Shown: positions 28,711 to 38,321, counted from the stretch's first letter. The stretch is 64,000 nucleotides of DNA from a virus (IMGVR_UViG_3300020048_000007:32001-96000), one strand, 5' to 3'. Notes: generated by a model not told the origin, from the sequence alone. Program-made: numbers and translations.

Positions 28711-30564
28711 TCAACCAGAGAATGTGGTTGCGAAAGTAGTATTATAACCACACTCGACCTGCTTCCAGAGAGACCCACCAGCAAGCGTCTGAATCGGTGA
28801 TGACCTCCTAATTACAGTGTTATCACCAAGCTGGCCAACGCCATTAAAACCCCACACCCACAATGTTCCATCATTCTTTACTGCGGCAGTGTGTTTATAT
28901 CCACACGATACATATTTCCAATTAGTTCCACCAGCAACCGTCTGAACAGGCGAAGACCTATCATTTATAGTATTGTCTCCAAGCTGGCCATAAGCGTTTA
29001 AACCCCATAACCATAAAGAACCGTCGGTCTTTATGCCAGCCATATGGCTCGCTCCAGCAGACACTTTAAACCAATCCATACTCTTTGTAAAAACCTGAAC
29101 CGGTGATGATCTATTCGTGATGCTGTTATCGCCCAGTTGCCCCCAGATGTTATAACCCCATGTCCATAGAGAATAGTCAGTAGCGATAGCAGCAGAACTG
29201 TTGCTCACAGATACGTAGTTCCATCGTTTACCAGTGGTTGTGACTTGGATGGGAGAAGACTTACTGACGACCGTATTATCACCAAGCTGGCCATAAGCGT
29301 TACTACCCCAAAGCCATAAAGTATTATCATCTTTGATACCTGCAGAGGACAAGCTGCCACCTGTGGCTTGTATCCAATTAGCAGCAGTTCCCACTTGAAT
29401 TGGCGAGGACTTATTCACTGACGTATTATCACCAAGCTGGCCACTACTATTTAACCCCCATGTCCAAATAGTATTATCATTTTTAGCAGCCACAGCATGG
29501 GTAGACATAGAAAGATACTTCCAATTAGTTCCACCGGCAACAGTCTGAACTGGAGAAGATCTGTATATAGTCGAAGTGTTTTGTCCAAGCTCACCGGCAG
29601 TATTGTAACCCCATGTCCATAAAGTGCCGTCGGACTTAATACCGCCTGACCTATAAAAACTCCTTGCAGCTTGTTCCCAATTTCCGCCGAAATCCACTGT
29701 CTGAACCGGCGTAGATCTGTTAATTATAGAATTGTCACCTAGCTGGCCGTAATTATTCACCCCAAACACAAATAATTTGCTACCAACATACTGATCTATC
29801 AACCAAGCATCAGTAATGAAAAGATCATTTAATTTGGTACCACCAGCATAAAATGTGCTCTTGCCAGTTCCATATGAAAGCCAGCCGACTGTACCATGAG
29901 ACTTTGTTGTTGCAACAGCGACATCTGAGGTATTACTGGCACCAAAAAGACCCGTTCCGCTCCATTGCAAATCGTTACTAATAATGCCGGTGCCGTATGA
30001 GCCACCAGAATTTAAATTAATAGAAAACCCACCAACTGTATCCGTCACATTATTATTGAATTTCCAGTAATGAGATAATGTTGACGGGTATGGAGAGGTG
30101 AACTCTGTTGGGGCTCCACCATTGTAGATCGTGGTTAGGTTTACTGGGGTCGCATCAGTACCTTGATAAATCTGAACTTCATCAACCGAGTCATAGAAGC
30201 CGATTGTATTAAAGCTCCTAGCGCCCGCCCCACCAGCCCCAATCGCAGTAAACGCTCCAGCATTTACACTATACCTATATCTTGGATTCTGAGCTACGTC
30301 ATCAGCGCACCTTATCGCAAGCATATACCAAGTATCTGCAGTAGCGGCGCTAGCCGTTGTCGGGCCTAAAACAAGAGAACCATTCAAGCCATCCACTACC
30401 CAATTACCAGAGCTGTAGGAAAACGAGATCATGCAGTTAGTATTAGGTGGTGTATTGTCGTCCACCCCGTTATCCAGCTTAAACCCTGATTTAACTCCTA
30501 CTGAACTACGGTATTTGCACCAGGCCACTATCGTCCAGTCGCGCGCTGTTATAATTGCTGGCAT
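28711..30564 (-). CDS. LamG-like domain plus RCC1-repeat propeller protein
   Basis: N-terminal WTIVAWCK...WYMLAI...VDEVQIY...SHYWKFNN, then about 7 RCC1 repeats. Confidence 0.85.
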   Translation of the reverse strand: MPAIITARDWTIVAWCKYRSSVGVKSGFKLDNGVDDNTPPNTNCMISFSYSSGNWVVDGLNGSLVLGPTTASAATADTWYMLAIRCADDVAQNPRYRYSVNAGAFTAIGAGGAGARSFNTIGFYDSVDEVQIYQGTDATPVNLTTIYNGGAPTEFTSPYPSTLSHYWKFNNNVTDTVGGFSINLNSGGSYGTGIISNDLQWSGTGLFGASNTSDVAVATTKSHGTVGWLSYGTGKSTFYAGGTKLNDLFITDAWLIDQYVGSKLFVFGVNNYGQLGDNSIINRSTPVQTVDFGGNWEQAARSFYRSGGIKSDGTLWTWGYNTAGELGQNTSTIYRSSPVQTVAGGTNWKYLSMSTHAVAAKNDNTIWTWGLNSSGQLGDNTSVNKSSPIQVGTAANWIQATGGSLSSAGIKDDNTLWLWGSNAYGQLGDNTVVSKSSPIQVTTTGKRWNYVSVSNSSAAIATDYSLWTWGYNIWGQLGDNSITNRSSPVQVFTKSMDWFKVSAGASHMAGIKTDGSLWLWGLNAYGQLGDNTINDRSSPVQTVAGGTNWKYVSCGYKHTAAVKNDGTLWVWGFNGVGQLGDNTVIRRSSPIQTLAGGSLWKQVECGYNTTFATTFSG

Positions 30565-30567
30565 TTA

Positions 30568-33500
30568 TCATTCTCCTATGAGCTTGTTGTATTTCTCTTC
30601 GAGCTCGTTGTATTTGACGCTTAATTCTTTTATGGCTTCCAAAAGTAAGCTAGCCATATTGCCGTAAGCCAGTGATTTAATACCATCGTGTTCTTTCACA
30701 AGATCTGGTAGCACTTTCTCAACCTCTTGCGCTATAAATCCTAAGCTATGGATACCGGTATCTTTCCAGTCAAATTCAACACCTCGTAGCTTGTTAACTT
30801 TTTCAAGAGCATCTTCAATTGTCGAGATATTTTCCTTTAATCTTTCGTCCGAGTTCGCGATGATATTACCACCAGCTGTGAAATCACCGGTCGCAGGGTT
30901 AAAAGTAAGCTTAGTCGATGAAACATTAGCTGTCGATACAGAACCAGTGGTGGCGTTTGTAAAAATCAGATATCGCGTGGCGGCGGTTGTTGTATCATCT
31001 GCAATTGTTAAGCCGCCTGTGATGTCCGTCAAGAATGCCACTGTCTGACGGGTAGTCGATGGTGTGAAAAAAAGCCTTGTTCCGTTGAATTCCATATTGC
31101 CAGCAGCTGCGGTCGTCATATTCGTGCCGCTGGTAAACCTCAAAGGTCCAGTGGTAGCGTTACCAGCAGCAAGATTGACCACTTTTGACGATAAAGTCTC
31201 AGTACCAGCTAGCGTCGCCAAAGTACCACTCGTCGGGAGAGTAACTGAAGTGATCCCGGTAGCAACAAATGTTCGAGCAAAAGCACCAGAGTGTGTGACG
31301 TTACCAGCCATTGTTAAGGTAAAGCCAGTATTCGCGATCCCTGTGCCGCCGTACTGACCGGGAATCACATTCCCGTTCCAGGTCGTGTTGGTCGACATGG
31401 TTTTATTTGTGAATGATTCGATGCCCGCCAGAGTCGCTAAAGTTCCAGTAGTGGGTAATGTGACCGATGTTGTACCGGTGGCTGTCAATGTACGGGCAAA
31501 CGCCCCAGCGTGAGAAACATTACCAGCCATCGTTAGAGTGAAGCCGGTATTTGCTATGCCAGTACCGCCATATTGACCGGGAATCACATTACCGTTCCAA
31601 GTAGTGTTGGTCGATAATGTTTTATTAGTAAAAGACTCTATGCCAGTTAAAGTAGCGAGAGTACCGGTAGTGGGAAGTGTTACACTAGTATTAGCCGTAG
31701 AGGTTAAGGTCGTAGTGAAAGCACCAGAAGTGGTTAGATTTCCTTCGAGTGACAATTTAGAAGGGTTTGCAGAAATAGCTAGAGTGCTAGTAGAAGAAAT
31801 AGCCGCTGATACCCATTTATAACCTCCAGCTATCGTCTGGACTGGCGAAGATTTGCTAACTGTAGTGTTATCACCAAGCTGCCCGGAGGTGTTTATGCCC
31901 CATGCCCATAATGTCCCATCAGACTCTATCGCTATAGTCGATTTTCCACCCATGAACACACCAGACCAAGATCCTCTGATTATCGTCTGTACAGGTGAAG
32001 ACTTATTAATTGTGGTGTTATCGCCAAGTTGCCCAACATCATTACTTCCCCAAGTCCACAATGTACCATCAGTCTTTATAGCTGCAGTCGATTCAACACC
32101 AAGTCCACTTATTCCACTAGTCTTTGTGACTTTACTCCAATTTGTCCCGCCTGTTGTAATCTGAACCGGAGATGATCTCGATATTATAGTGTTATCACCA
32201 ACAGCCCCAGTACTATTATAACCCCAAGCCCAAAGTGTCCCATCAGTTTTAATAGCTGCAGAAGAATTATAACCACAACTTATTTCTGTCCAAGTATTTC
32301 CGCCAGTTATGGTCTGGACCGGCGAGGACTTAGAAACAGTTGTATTATCTCCTAACGCACCGTGAGTTCCAAGACCCCAAGACCACAATGTGCCGTCAGT
32401 CTTTATAGCACCAATATGATTAACACCACAAGATACCTTACTCCAGTTCGTGCTTCCAGCTATAGTCTGAATCGGGGAGCTTTTTTTAACAACTGTGTTG
32501 TCACCTAACTGACCGGCACCATTAAAGCCCCAGGTCCATAATGTCCCGTCAGTCTTAACAGCAGCAGTATGTTTATATCCACACGAAACTTGCTTCCAAT
32601 TGGTACCGCCAGTTATGGTCTGGACCGGCGAAGATTTTGCAACAATGGTATTATCACCGAGCTGACCATCATTGTTTAAGCCCCAGGTCCATAATGTACC
32701 ATCTTGTTTAATACCGGCAGAAAACTGTTCGCCAGAAGCAACATTCGACCAATTTGTTCTAGAAGTGATTAGCTGTACCGGAGAAGATTTATTAACACTC
32801 GTTCCATCTCCAAGCGTACCACTATTATTTTGTCCCCAACCATAAACAATTCCAATTCCTGACGTCAAATCCAAGAAATTATTTCCCAGAGTGCTTAAAA
32901 AACCTAACCCGTCAGAAAGAGTTTTATTACTTAAAGACTCAATACCGGCTAACGTTGCTAGGGTCCCAGTGGTAGGAAGTGTTACACTAGTATTAGCTGT
33001 GGACGTTAAGGTCGTGGTGAAAGCACCACTAGTAGTAAGATTGCCACCAATAGTAATCGTTTTCCCAGTGTTCGCAATCCCAGTCCCACCGTACTGCCCT
33101 GCTACTACAGTTCCGGTCCAAGTTCCTGTCATCGCACTATCCAGGTAAGCGTTAACTTTCCTAGCACCGGCCACCGAAAAATAAAAATTTGTATTATCGA
33201 ATTCTATAGAACCATTCGCAACAGCAGTGGTGTTAGATCCTGAAGTGAGTACTAAACCTGCAACGGTAGTATTTCCAGCGCCTGTGGTGATATACTTGTT
33301 ACTTAGTGATTCAGTGCCAGCTAATGTGGACAAAGTCCCAGTTGTGGGTAACGTTATTGAAGTGTTAGCAGTAGATGTTAAAGTAGTAGTAAAAGCACCA
33401 CTAGTAGTAAGATTCCCGCCAATAGTAATTGTTTTACCAGTGTTCGCGATCCCAGTACCGCCATACTGTCCGCTAATAACGTTACCGTTATAATCGACAT

Positions 33501-36500
33501 TAGTTGATAGTGTCTTATTCGTTAATATTTCGGACCCAGCTAATGTGGCTAAAGTACCGGTCGTAGGCAGTGTGATTGAAGTGGTGCCAGTAGCGGTCAA
33601 TGTAGTAGCGAAAGCACCACTAGTTATGAGATTTCCGCCTATAGTGATTGTTTTACCTGTATTAGCTATCCCAGTTCCGCCATACTGGCCTGTTATAACG
33701 TTGCCATTATAATCAACATTAGTCGAGAGCGTTTTATTACTGAGCGTTTCGGAACCAGCTAGTGTCGCTAGAGTCCCAGTGACTGGTAGCGTTACACTAG
33801 TGTTAGCGGTGGCAGTTAAAGTAGTAGTAAACGCACCACTAGTGGTAAGATTCCCGCCGATAGTGATTGTTTTACCAGTGTTCGCGATCCCAGTACCGCC
33901 GTATTGACCTGTTACTATATTTCCATTATAATCAACATTAGTCGAAAGTGTTTTGTTAGTTAATGTTTCTGATCCCGCTAACGTCGCGAGAGTCCCAGCC
34001 GTAGGCAAGGTGACTGATGTGGTGCCAGTAGCAGTCAGAGTAGTAGCAAAAGCACCGCTGGTAGTAAAATTTCCACCTATAGTAATTGTCCTGCCAGTAT
34101 TCGCCACACCAGTTCCACCGTATTGCCCAGCTATTACAGCCCCCGCCCAAGTACCGGTCAACGTGCTGTCTGTGTAGGCATTGACCTTCCTGGCACCAGC
34201 AAAAGAAAAATAGAAATTAGTGTTATCAAATTCTATAGAACCATTCGCTACCGCAGTAGTATTAGAGCCAGAAGTTAACACCAACCCAGCAACAGTTGTG
34301 TTGCCCGCACCAGTGGTAATGTACTTGTTGCTTAAGGATTCAGTACCAGCAAGCGTAGCCAGAGTCCCAGTTACTGGCAAAGTGACCGTGGTATTAGCAG
34401 TAGAAGTTAAAGTAGTGGTAAAAGAGCCTGACGTGGTAAGATTACCGCCAATCGTTATGGTTCTACCAGTGTTAGCGACTCCAGTACCACCGTATTGCCC
34501 TGCTATAACATTTCCATTCCAAGTCGTATTAGTTGATAATGTCTTATTAGTGAATGATTCTATACCAGCCAGCGTCGCTAAAGTCCCAGCGATAGGCAAA
34601 GTCACACTGGTGGCTGCGGTGGCAGTTAAAGTCACATCGAAAGCACCAGAAGTCGTTAAATTCCCACCTATAGTAATAGTCTTACCAGTGTTAGCGACTC
34701 CAGTGCCGCCATATAGTCCAGCTATAACATTACCATTCCAAGTCGTGTTGGTCGACAATGTCTTATTAGTGAAGGATTCTATGCCAGCTAGCGTTGCTAA
34801 TGTACCAGTAGTTGGAAGTGTGACGCTAGTATTAGCTGTGGACGTTAAAGTCGTGGTAAAAGCACCAGATGTCGTGAGATTACCACCAATAGTGATCGTC
34901 CTGCCGGTATTAGCGACTCCAGTTCCTCCGTACTGCCCAGCTATCACAGCACCACTCCAAGTACCAGTTAAAGTACTATCTGTGTAGGCATTGACTTTTC
35001 TAGCACCAGCCACTGAGAAATAAAAATTCGTGTTATCAAACTCGATAGAACCATTCGCCACCGCAGTAGTATTGGAACCAGAGGTTAAGACTAACCCAGC
35101 GACTGTAGTGTTACCAGCACCTGTGGTGATATACTTGTTACTTAAGGATTCAATACCAGCCAGTGTTGCTAACGTTCCGGTCGTTGGTAAGGTAACACTG
35201 GTATTAGCAGTAGAAGTTAAAGTAGTAGTGAAAGCCCCGGATGTCGTTAAATTCCCACCTATAGTAATAGTCTTACCAGTGTTAGCGACTCCAGTTCCAC
35301 CATACTGCCCTGTAATGACATTACCGTTCCACGTCGTATTAGTTGAAAATGTCTTGTTAGTTAAAGTCTCAGACCCAGCTAGCGTTGATAAAGTACCAGC
35401 CGTAGGTAACGTTACACTGGTGCTTGCAGTGGCTATCAAGGTAGTGTCGAAAGCGCCAGATGTCGTTAAATTCCCACCTATAGTGATAGTCTTGCCGGTA
35501 TTTGCTACCCCTGTTCCACCATATAGCCCTGCTATCACATTCCCATTCCAAGTCGTATTAGTGGATAGCGTTTTATTAGTAAAAGATTCTATACCAGCTA
35601 ACGTGGCGAGGGTCCCAGCAGTTGGTAACGTAACTGACGTAGTTCCAGTAGCTGTAAAAGTCTGGGCAAAAGCCCCAGCATGTGAAACGTTACCAGCCAT
35701 TGTTAGAGTGAAACCGGTGTTCGCTATGCCCGTGCCGCCGTATTGACCGGGGATGACATTGCCATTCCACGTCGTATTGGTCGACAATGTTTTATTGGTA
35801 AACGATTCAATACCAGCTAGAGTCGCCAAAGTGCCAGCGGTAGGCAATGTAACGCTAGTATTAGCAGTTGAAGTCAGCGTCGTGGTGAAAGCACCAGAAG
35901 TGGTGAGATTTCCACCGATAGTGATCGTTTTCCCAGTATTCGCTATCCCAGTCCCACCGTATTGCCCAGCTATGACAGCCCCAGTCCAAGTACCGGTCAG
36001 TGTGCTGTCTGTGTAAGCATTGACTTTACGAGCACCAGCGACTGAAAAGTAAAAATTAGTATTATCGAACTCGATAGAACCATTCGCTACGGCAGTTGTG
36101 TTAGTGCCTGATGTGAGTATTAATCCGGCGACAGTGGTATTCCCGGCACCTGTGGTAATATACTTATTGCTTAACGACTCAGTTCCAGCTAATGTGGCTA
36201 AAGTACCGGTCGTTGGTAACGTTATGCTAGTATTGGCCGTGGAAGTCAGAGTAGTAGTGAAAGAACCCGAGGTCGTTAAATTACCGCCAATAGTGATTGT
36301 CCTGCCGGTATTCGCGACTCCAGTACCTCCATACTGCCCCGCTATAACATTACCGTTCCAAGTAGTGTTGGTGGAAAATGTTTTATTAGTAAAAGTCTCT
36401 GAACCTGCAAGTGTCGCTAAAGTACCGGCTATCGGTAATGTTATGCTAGTGCCTGCCGTGACTGTTATGGTAGTGTCGAATGAGCCAGAAGTCGTTAAAT

Positions 36501-37386
36501 TTCCACCTATTGTGATAGTCTTACCAGTGTTGGCGACTCCAGTGCCGCCATACTGACCTGCTACGACATTACCATTCCACGTCGTGTTAGTCGATAAGGT
36601 TTTATTAGTGAATGTTTCAGAACCGGCAAGTGTTGCTAATGTACCGGTCGTTGGTAATGTGAGTGAAGTATTGGCAGTAGACGTTAAAGTCGTGGTGAAA
36701 GCGCCAGAGGTAGTGAGGTTACCGCCAATCGTAATTGTTTTACCAGTGTTAGCAATCCCCGTACCACCGTATTGCCCCAGCACAATATTCCCATTATAAT
36801 CAACATTGGTCGACAATGTCTTATTAGTAAAAGTCTCTGAACCTGCGAGTGTCGCTAGAGTACCAGTAGTTGGCAGTGTTACGCTAGTATTAGCAGTAGA
36901 AGTTAAAGTCGTGGTAAAGGCACCAGATGTCGTAAGATTACCACCTATCGTTATAGTCTTACCGGTATTTGCGACCCCAGTACCACCATATTGGCCAGAT
37001 ATCAAATTGCCATTGTAGTCTACGTTTGTTGATAATGTCTTGTTAGTGAGTGTCTGTACGTCCGTCAATGTGGCGTAGTTGACGATCTGATTCGCTGGCA
37101 GCGTTACAAAAACGTTTTTCGTGCCTGTGCTGAATGTTACGACAGTGTTGGAGTTACTGCTTTTTAATACTGTTGTTCTTGTGAAAGTCGTTGGAGCACT
37201 TAAAGTTCCTAGACCTATTTCCCACTCTGTTGTACCTGGGTTCTCGATAACGTAGTAGCAGGTATTGCCTACCCCTATGGTGGCGTTAAATGTTTGATAT
37301 CCAGTCGCGGCCCCGGCTAGCGTAATATTAGTTGCGCCTGTAGTCTCGCTAGTTTCTTTTACTCTATCAGCTATTACCAGGGGCAT
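30568..37386 (-). CDS. Very long Thr/Gly-rich tail fibre with internal RCC1 propeller and C-terminal peptidase-S74 intramolecular chaperone
   Basis: Likely start MPLVIADRVKETS at 37386 (AAGGAGAG RBS; ORF track starts 37422). 18 G(Q/L)YGGTG repeat units. C-terminal NSDERLKENI...VNKLRGVEFDW...GFIAQEVEKVLPDLV...LLEAIKEL is the S74 signature. Confidence 0.92.
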   Translation of the reverse strand: MPLVIADRVKETSETTGATNITLAGAATGYQTFNATIGVGNTCYYVIENPGTTEWEIGLGTLSAPTTFTRTTVLKSSNSNTVVTFSTGTKNVFVTLPANQIVNYATLTDVQTLTNKTLSTNVDYNGNLISGQYGGTGVANTGKTITIGGNLTTSGAFTTTLTSTANTSVTLPTTGTLATLAGSETFTNKTLSTNVDYNGNIVLGQYGGTGIANTGKTITIGGNLTTSGAFTTTLTSTANTSLTLPTTGTLATLAGSETFTNKTLSTNTTWNGNVVAGQYGGTGVANTGKTITIGGNLTTSGSFDTTITVTAGTSITLPIAGTLATLAGSETFTNKTFSTNTTWNGNVIAGQYGGTGVANTGRTITIGGNLTTSGSFTTTLTSTANTSITLPTTGTLATLAGTESLSNKYITTGAGNTTVAGLILTSGTNTTAVANGSIEFDNTNFYFSVAGARKVNAYTDSTLTGTWTGAVIAGQYGGTGIANTGKTITIGGNLTTSGAFTTTLTSTANTSVTLPTAGTLATLAGIESFTNKTLSTNTTWNGNVIPGQYGGTGIANTGFTLTMAGNVSHAGAFAQTFTATGTTSVTLPTAGTLATLAGIESFTNKTLSTNTTWNGNVIAGLYGGTGVANTGKTITIGGNLTTSGAFDTTLIATASTSVTLPTAGTLSTLAGSETLTNKTFSTNTTWNGNVITGQYGGTGVANTGKTITIGGNLTTSGAFTTTLTSTANTSVTLPTTGTLATLAGIESLSNKYITTGAGNTTVAGLVLTSGSNTTAVANGSIEFDNTNFYFSVAGARKVNAYTDSTLTGTWSGAVIAGQYGGTGVANTGRTITIGGNLTTSGAFTTTLTSTANTSVTLPTTGTLATLAGIESFTNKTLSTNTTWNGNVIAGLYGGTGVANTGKTITIGGNLTTSGAFDVTLTATAATSVTLPIAGTLATLAGIESFTNKTLSTNTTWNGNVIAGQYGGTGVANTGRTITIGGNLTTSGSFTTTLTSTANTTVTLPVTGTLATLAGTESLSNKYITTGAGNTTVAGLVLTSGSNTTAVANGSIEFDNTNFYFSFAGARKVNAYTDSTLTGTWAGAVIAGQYGGTGVANTGRTITIGGNFTTSGAFATTLTATGTTSVTLPTAGTLATLAGSETLTNKTLSTNVDYNGNIVTGQYGGTGIANTGKTITIGGNLTTSGAFTTTLTATANTSVTLPVTGTLATLAGSETLSNKTLSTNVDYNGNVITGQYGGTGIANTGKTITIGGNLITSGAFATTLTATGTTSITLPTTGTLATLAGSEILTNKTLSTNVDYNGNVISGQYGGTGIANTGKTITIGGNLTTSGAFTTTLTSTANTSITLPTTGTLSTLAGTESLSNKYITTGAGNTTVAGLVLTSGSNTTAVANGSIEFDNTNFYFSVAGARKVNAYLDSAMTGTWTGTVVAGQYGGTGIANTGKTITIGGNLTTSGAFTTTLTSTANTSVTLPTTGTLATLAGIESLSNKTLSDGLGFLSTLGNNFLDLTSGIGIVYGWGQNNSGTLGDGTSVNKSSPVQLITSRTNWSNVASGEQFSAGIKQDGTLWTWGLNNDGQLGDNTIVAKSSPVQTITGGTNWKQVSCGYKHTAAVKTDGTLWTWGFNGAGQLGDNTVVKKSSPIQTIAGSTNWSKVSCGVNHIGAIKTDGTLWSWGLGTHGALGDNTTVSKSSPVQTITGGNTWTEISCGYNSSAAIKTDGTLWAWGYNSTGAVGDNTIISRSSPVQITTGGTNWSKVTKTSGISGLGVESTAAIKTDGTLWTWGSNDVGQLGDNTTINKSSPVQTIIRGSWSGVFMGGKSTIAIESDGTLWAWGINTSGQLGDNTTVSKSSPVQTIAGGYKWVSAAISSTSTLAISANPSKLSLEGNLTTSGAFTTTLTSTANTSVTLPTTGTLATLTGIESFTNKTLSTNTTWNGNVIPGQYGGTGIANTGFTLTMAGNVSHAGAFARTLTATGTTSVTLPTTGTLATLAGIESFTNKTMSTNTTWNGNVIPGQYGGTGIANTGFTLTMAGNVTHSGAFARTFVATGITSVTLPTSGTLATLAGTETLSSKVVNLAAGNATTGPLRFTSGTNMTTAAAGNMEFNGTRLFFTPSTTRQTVAFLTDITGGLTIADDTTTAATRYLIFTNATTGSVSTANVSSTKLTFNPATGDFTAGGNIIANSDERLKENISTIEDALEKVNKLRGVEFDWKDTGIHSLGFIAQEVEKVLPDLVKEHDGIKSLAYGNMASLLLEAIKELSVKYNELEEKYNKLIGE
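31200..37030 (-). repeat. ~219-bp (73-aa) coding repeat array, interrupted by the RCC1 insert at about 31755-32930
   Basis: Unit GQYGGTGVANTGKTITIGGNLTTSGAFTTTLTSTANTSVTLPTTGTLATLAGSETFTNKTLSTN... Synonymous sites differ between units. Confidence 0.92.
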
Positions 37387-37485
37387 AAAATCTCTCCTTA
37401 GGCTAAGATATATTTGTTGCAAGTAAATATACGGTACCTAAAAATTATAGTCGCTAATGGCTATAGACACATAATAGGATAGAAT

Positions 37486-37794
37486 ATGTATAACCCAGAA
37501 AAACCGACATTTAACGTCTCCGAACCATTCCTAGGTGTCACGAGCGTACAGCTAAACAGACCTATGGTAGACCTACTAATAAACGTGCTGCAAGACCAAG
37601 AAGGCCAACTAGAAAAAGAAGTATGGGCATTAGTCAGAGCTTTAAACGACCCAGCTGGCTGTAGAGAAATGAGAGCCCAACGCAAACGCCTCATCAGACC
37701 AACAAGACCAAGATACAACACAAGATACAACCAATACGAAGAATACGAACAAGACACAGAGATAGACGAAACACAAGACCAACCAAACGAATAA
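37486..37794 (+). CDS. Hypothetical protein
   Basis: 102-aa ORF with an AGGA RBS, divergent from the fibre gene and followed by a terminator. Confidence 0.7.
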   Translation: MYNPEKPTFNVSEPFLGVTSVQLNRPMVDLLINVLQDQEGQLEKEVWALVRALNDPAGCREMRAQRKRLIRPTRPRYNTRYNQYEEYEQDTEIDETQDQPNE

Positions 37795-37798
37795 TCAC

Positions 37799-37826
37799 AA
37801 GGCACGGTGAAAACCGTGCCTTTTCA
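37799..37826. terminator. Bidirectional intrinsic terminator
   Basis: Perfect 10-bp stem AAGGCACGGT-GAAA-ACCGTGCCTT followed by T's, between convergent ORFs. Confidence 0.85.
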
Positions 37827-38321
37827 ATAGACCTTACAGTTATCAACTATAAAATCACCGATATTAGTCTTAATAATAACGTCATAAACATCAGACTCAA
37901 GAGCTATCACCTTCACACCATAATGTGCTGAGTGAATATGTTCAACAAGCTTCTTAATCTCACCATCGACAACGATCTGAGAATTACAGACCGGGCAAAT
38001 TAACTGAACAGTTTCCTCCCACAAATCGTCTAATAAAAAAAGAAACTCTAGATATTCATAAAATTTAGCTTTGTAAACCTCATCGTACGAGAAGCATACT
38101 TGGTCCATCACGACAGAAAAGTAATACCTCTCATCATCAAATCGTTTTATTTCGATAGAACCGAGCTTTACAGTATCATCGTTGATAATATGCACACACT
38201 CACCAGAAAGTCTAAAAGGACCATTCTTCCTTGTGCTAAAAGCTTCAGCTATCCTCTTGATGCGTCTGATCTTACCGCCAGTAGCGATACCCAAAACATC
38301 ATACATCATCATTGTCACCAT
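37824..38321 (-). CDS. Hypothetical protein with C2H2-like motif
   Basis: ICPVC...LVEHIHSAH near the C-terminus. Start is uncertain. Confidence 0.6.
   Translation of the reverse strand: MVTMMMYDVLGIATGGKIRRIKRIAEAFSTRKNGPFRLSGECVHIINDDTVKLGSIEIKRFDDERYYFSVVMDQVCFSYDEVYKAKFYEYLEFLFLLDDLWEETVQLICPVCNSQIVVDGEIKKLVEHIHSAHYGVKVIALESDVYDVIIKTNIGDFIVDNCKVY

Noticed and set aside
23785-30564. Giant eukaryotic virus or eukaryotic origin because of RCC1 repeats
   Set aside because: Shine-Dalgarno motifs, overlapping operonic junctions, sigma70-like promoters and an S74-capped tail fibre indicate a bacteriophage.
26201-32601. Near-identical RCC1 segments as DGR template/variable repeats
   Set aside because: No reverse transcriptase in the window, all copies lie in ORFs, and there are too few mismatches to show adenine-specific mutagenesis. 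An RT elsewhere in the genome would justify re-testing.
30791-37018. Many plus-strand ORFs of 70-255 aa antisense to the tail fibre
   Set aside because: Antisense shadows of Thr/Gly/Ala-rich repeats, with no independent RBS or motifs.
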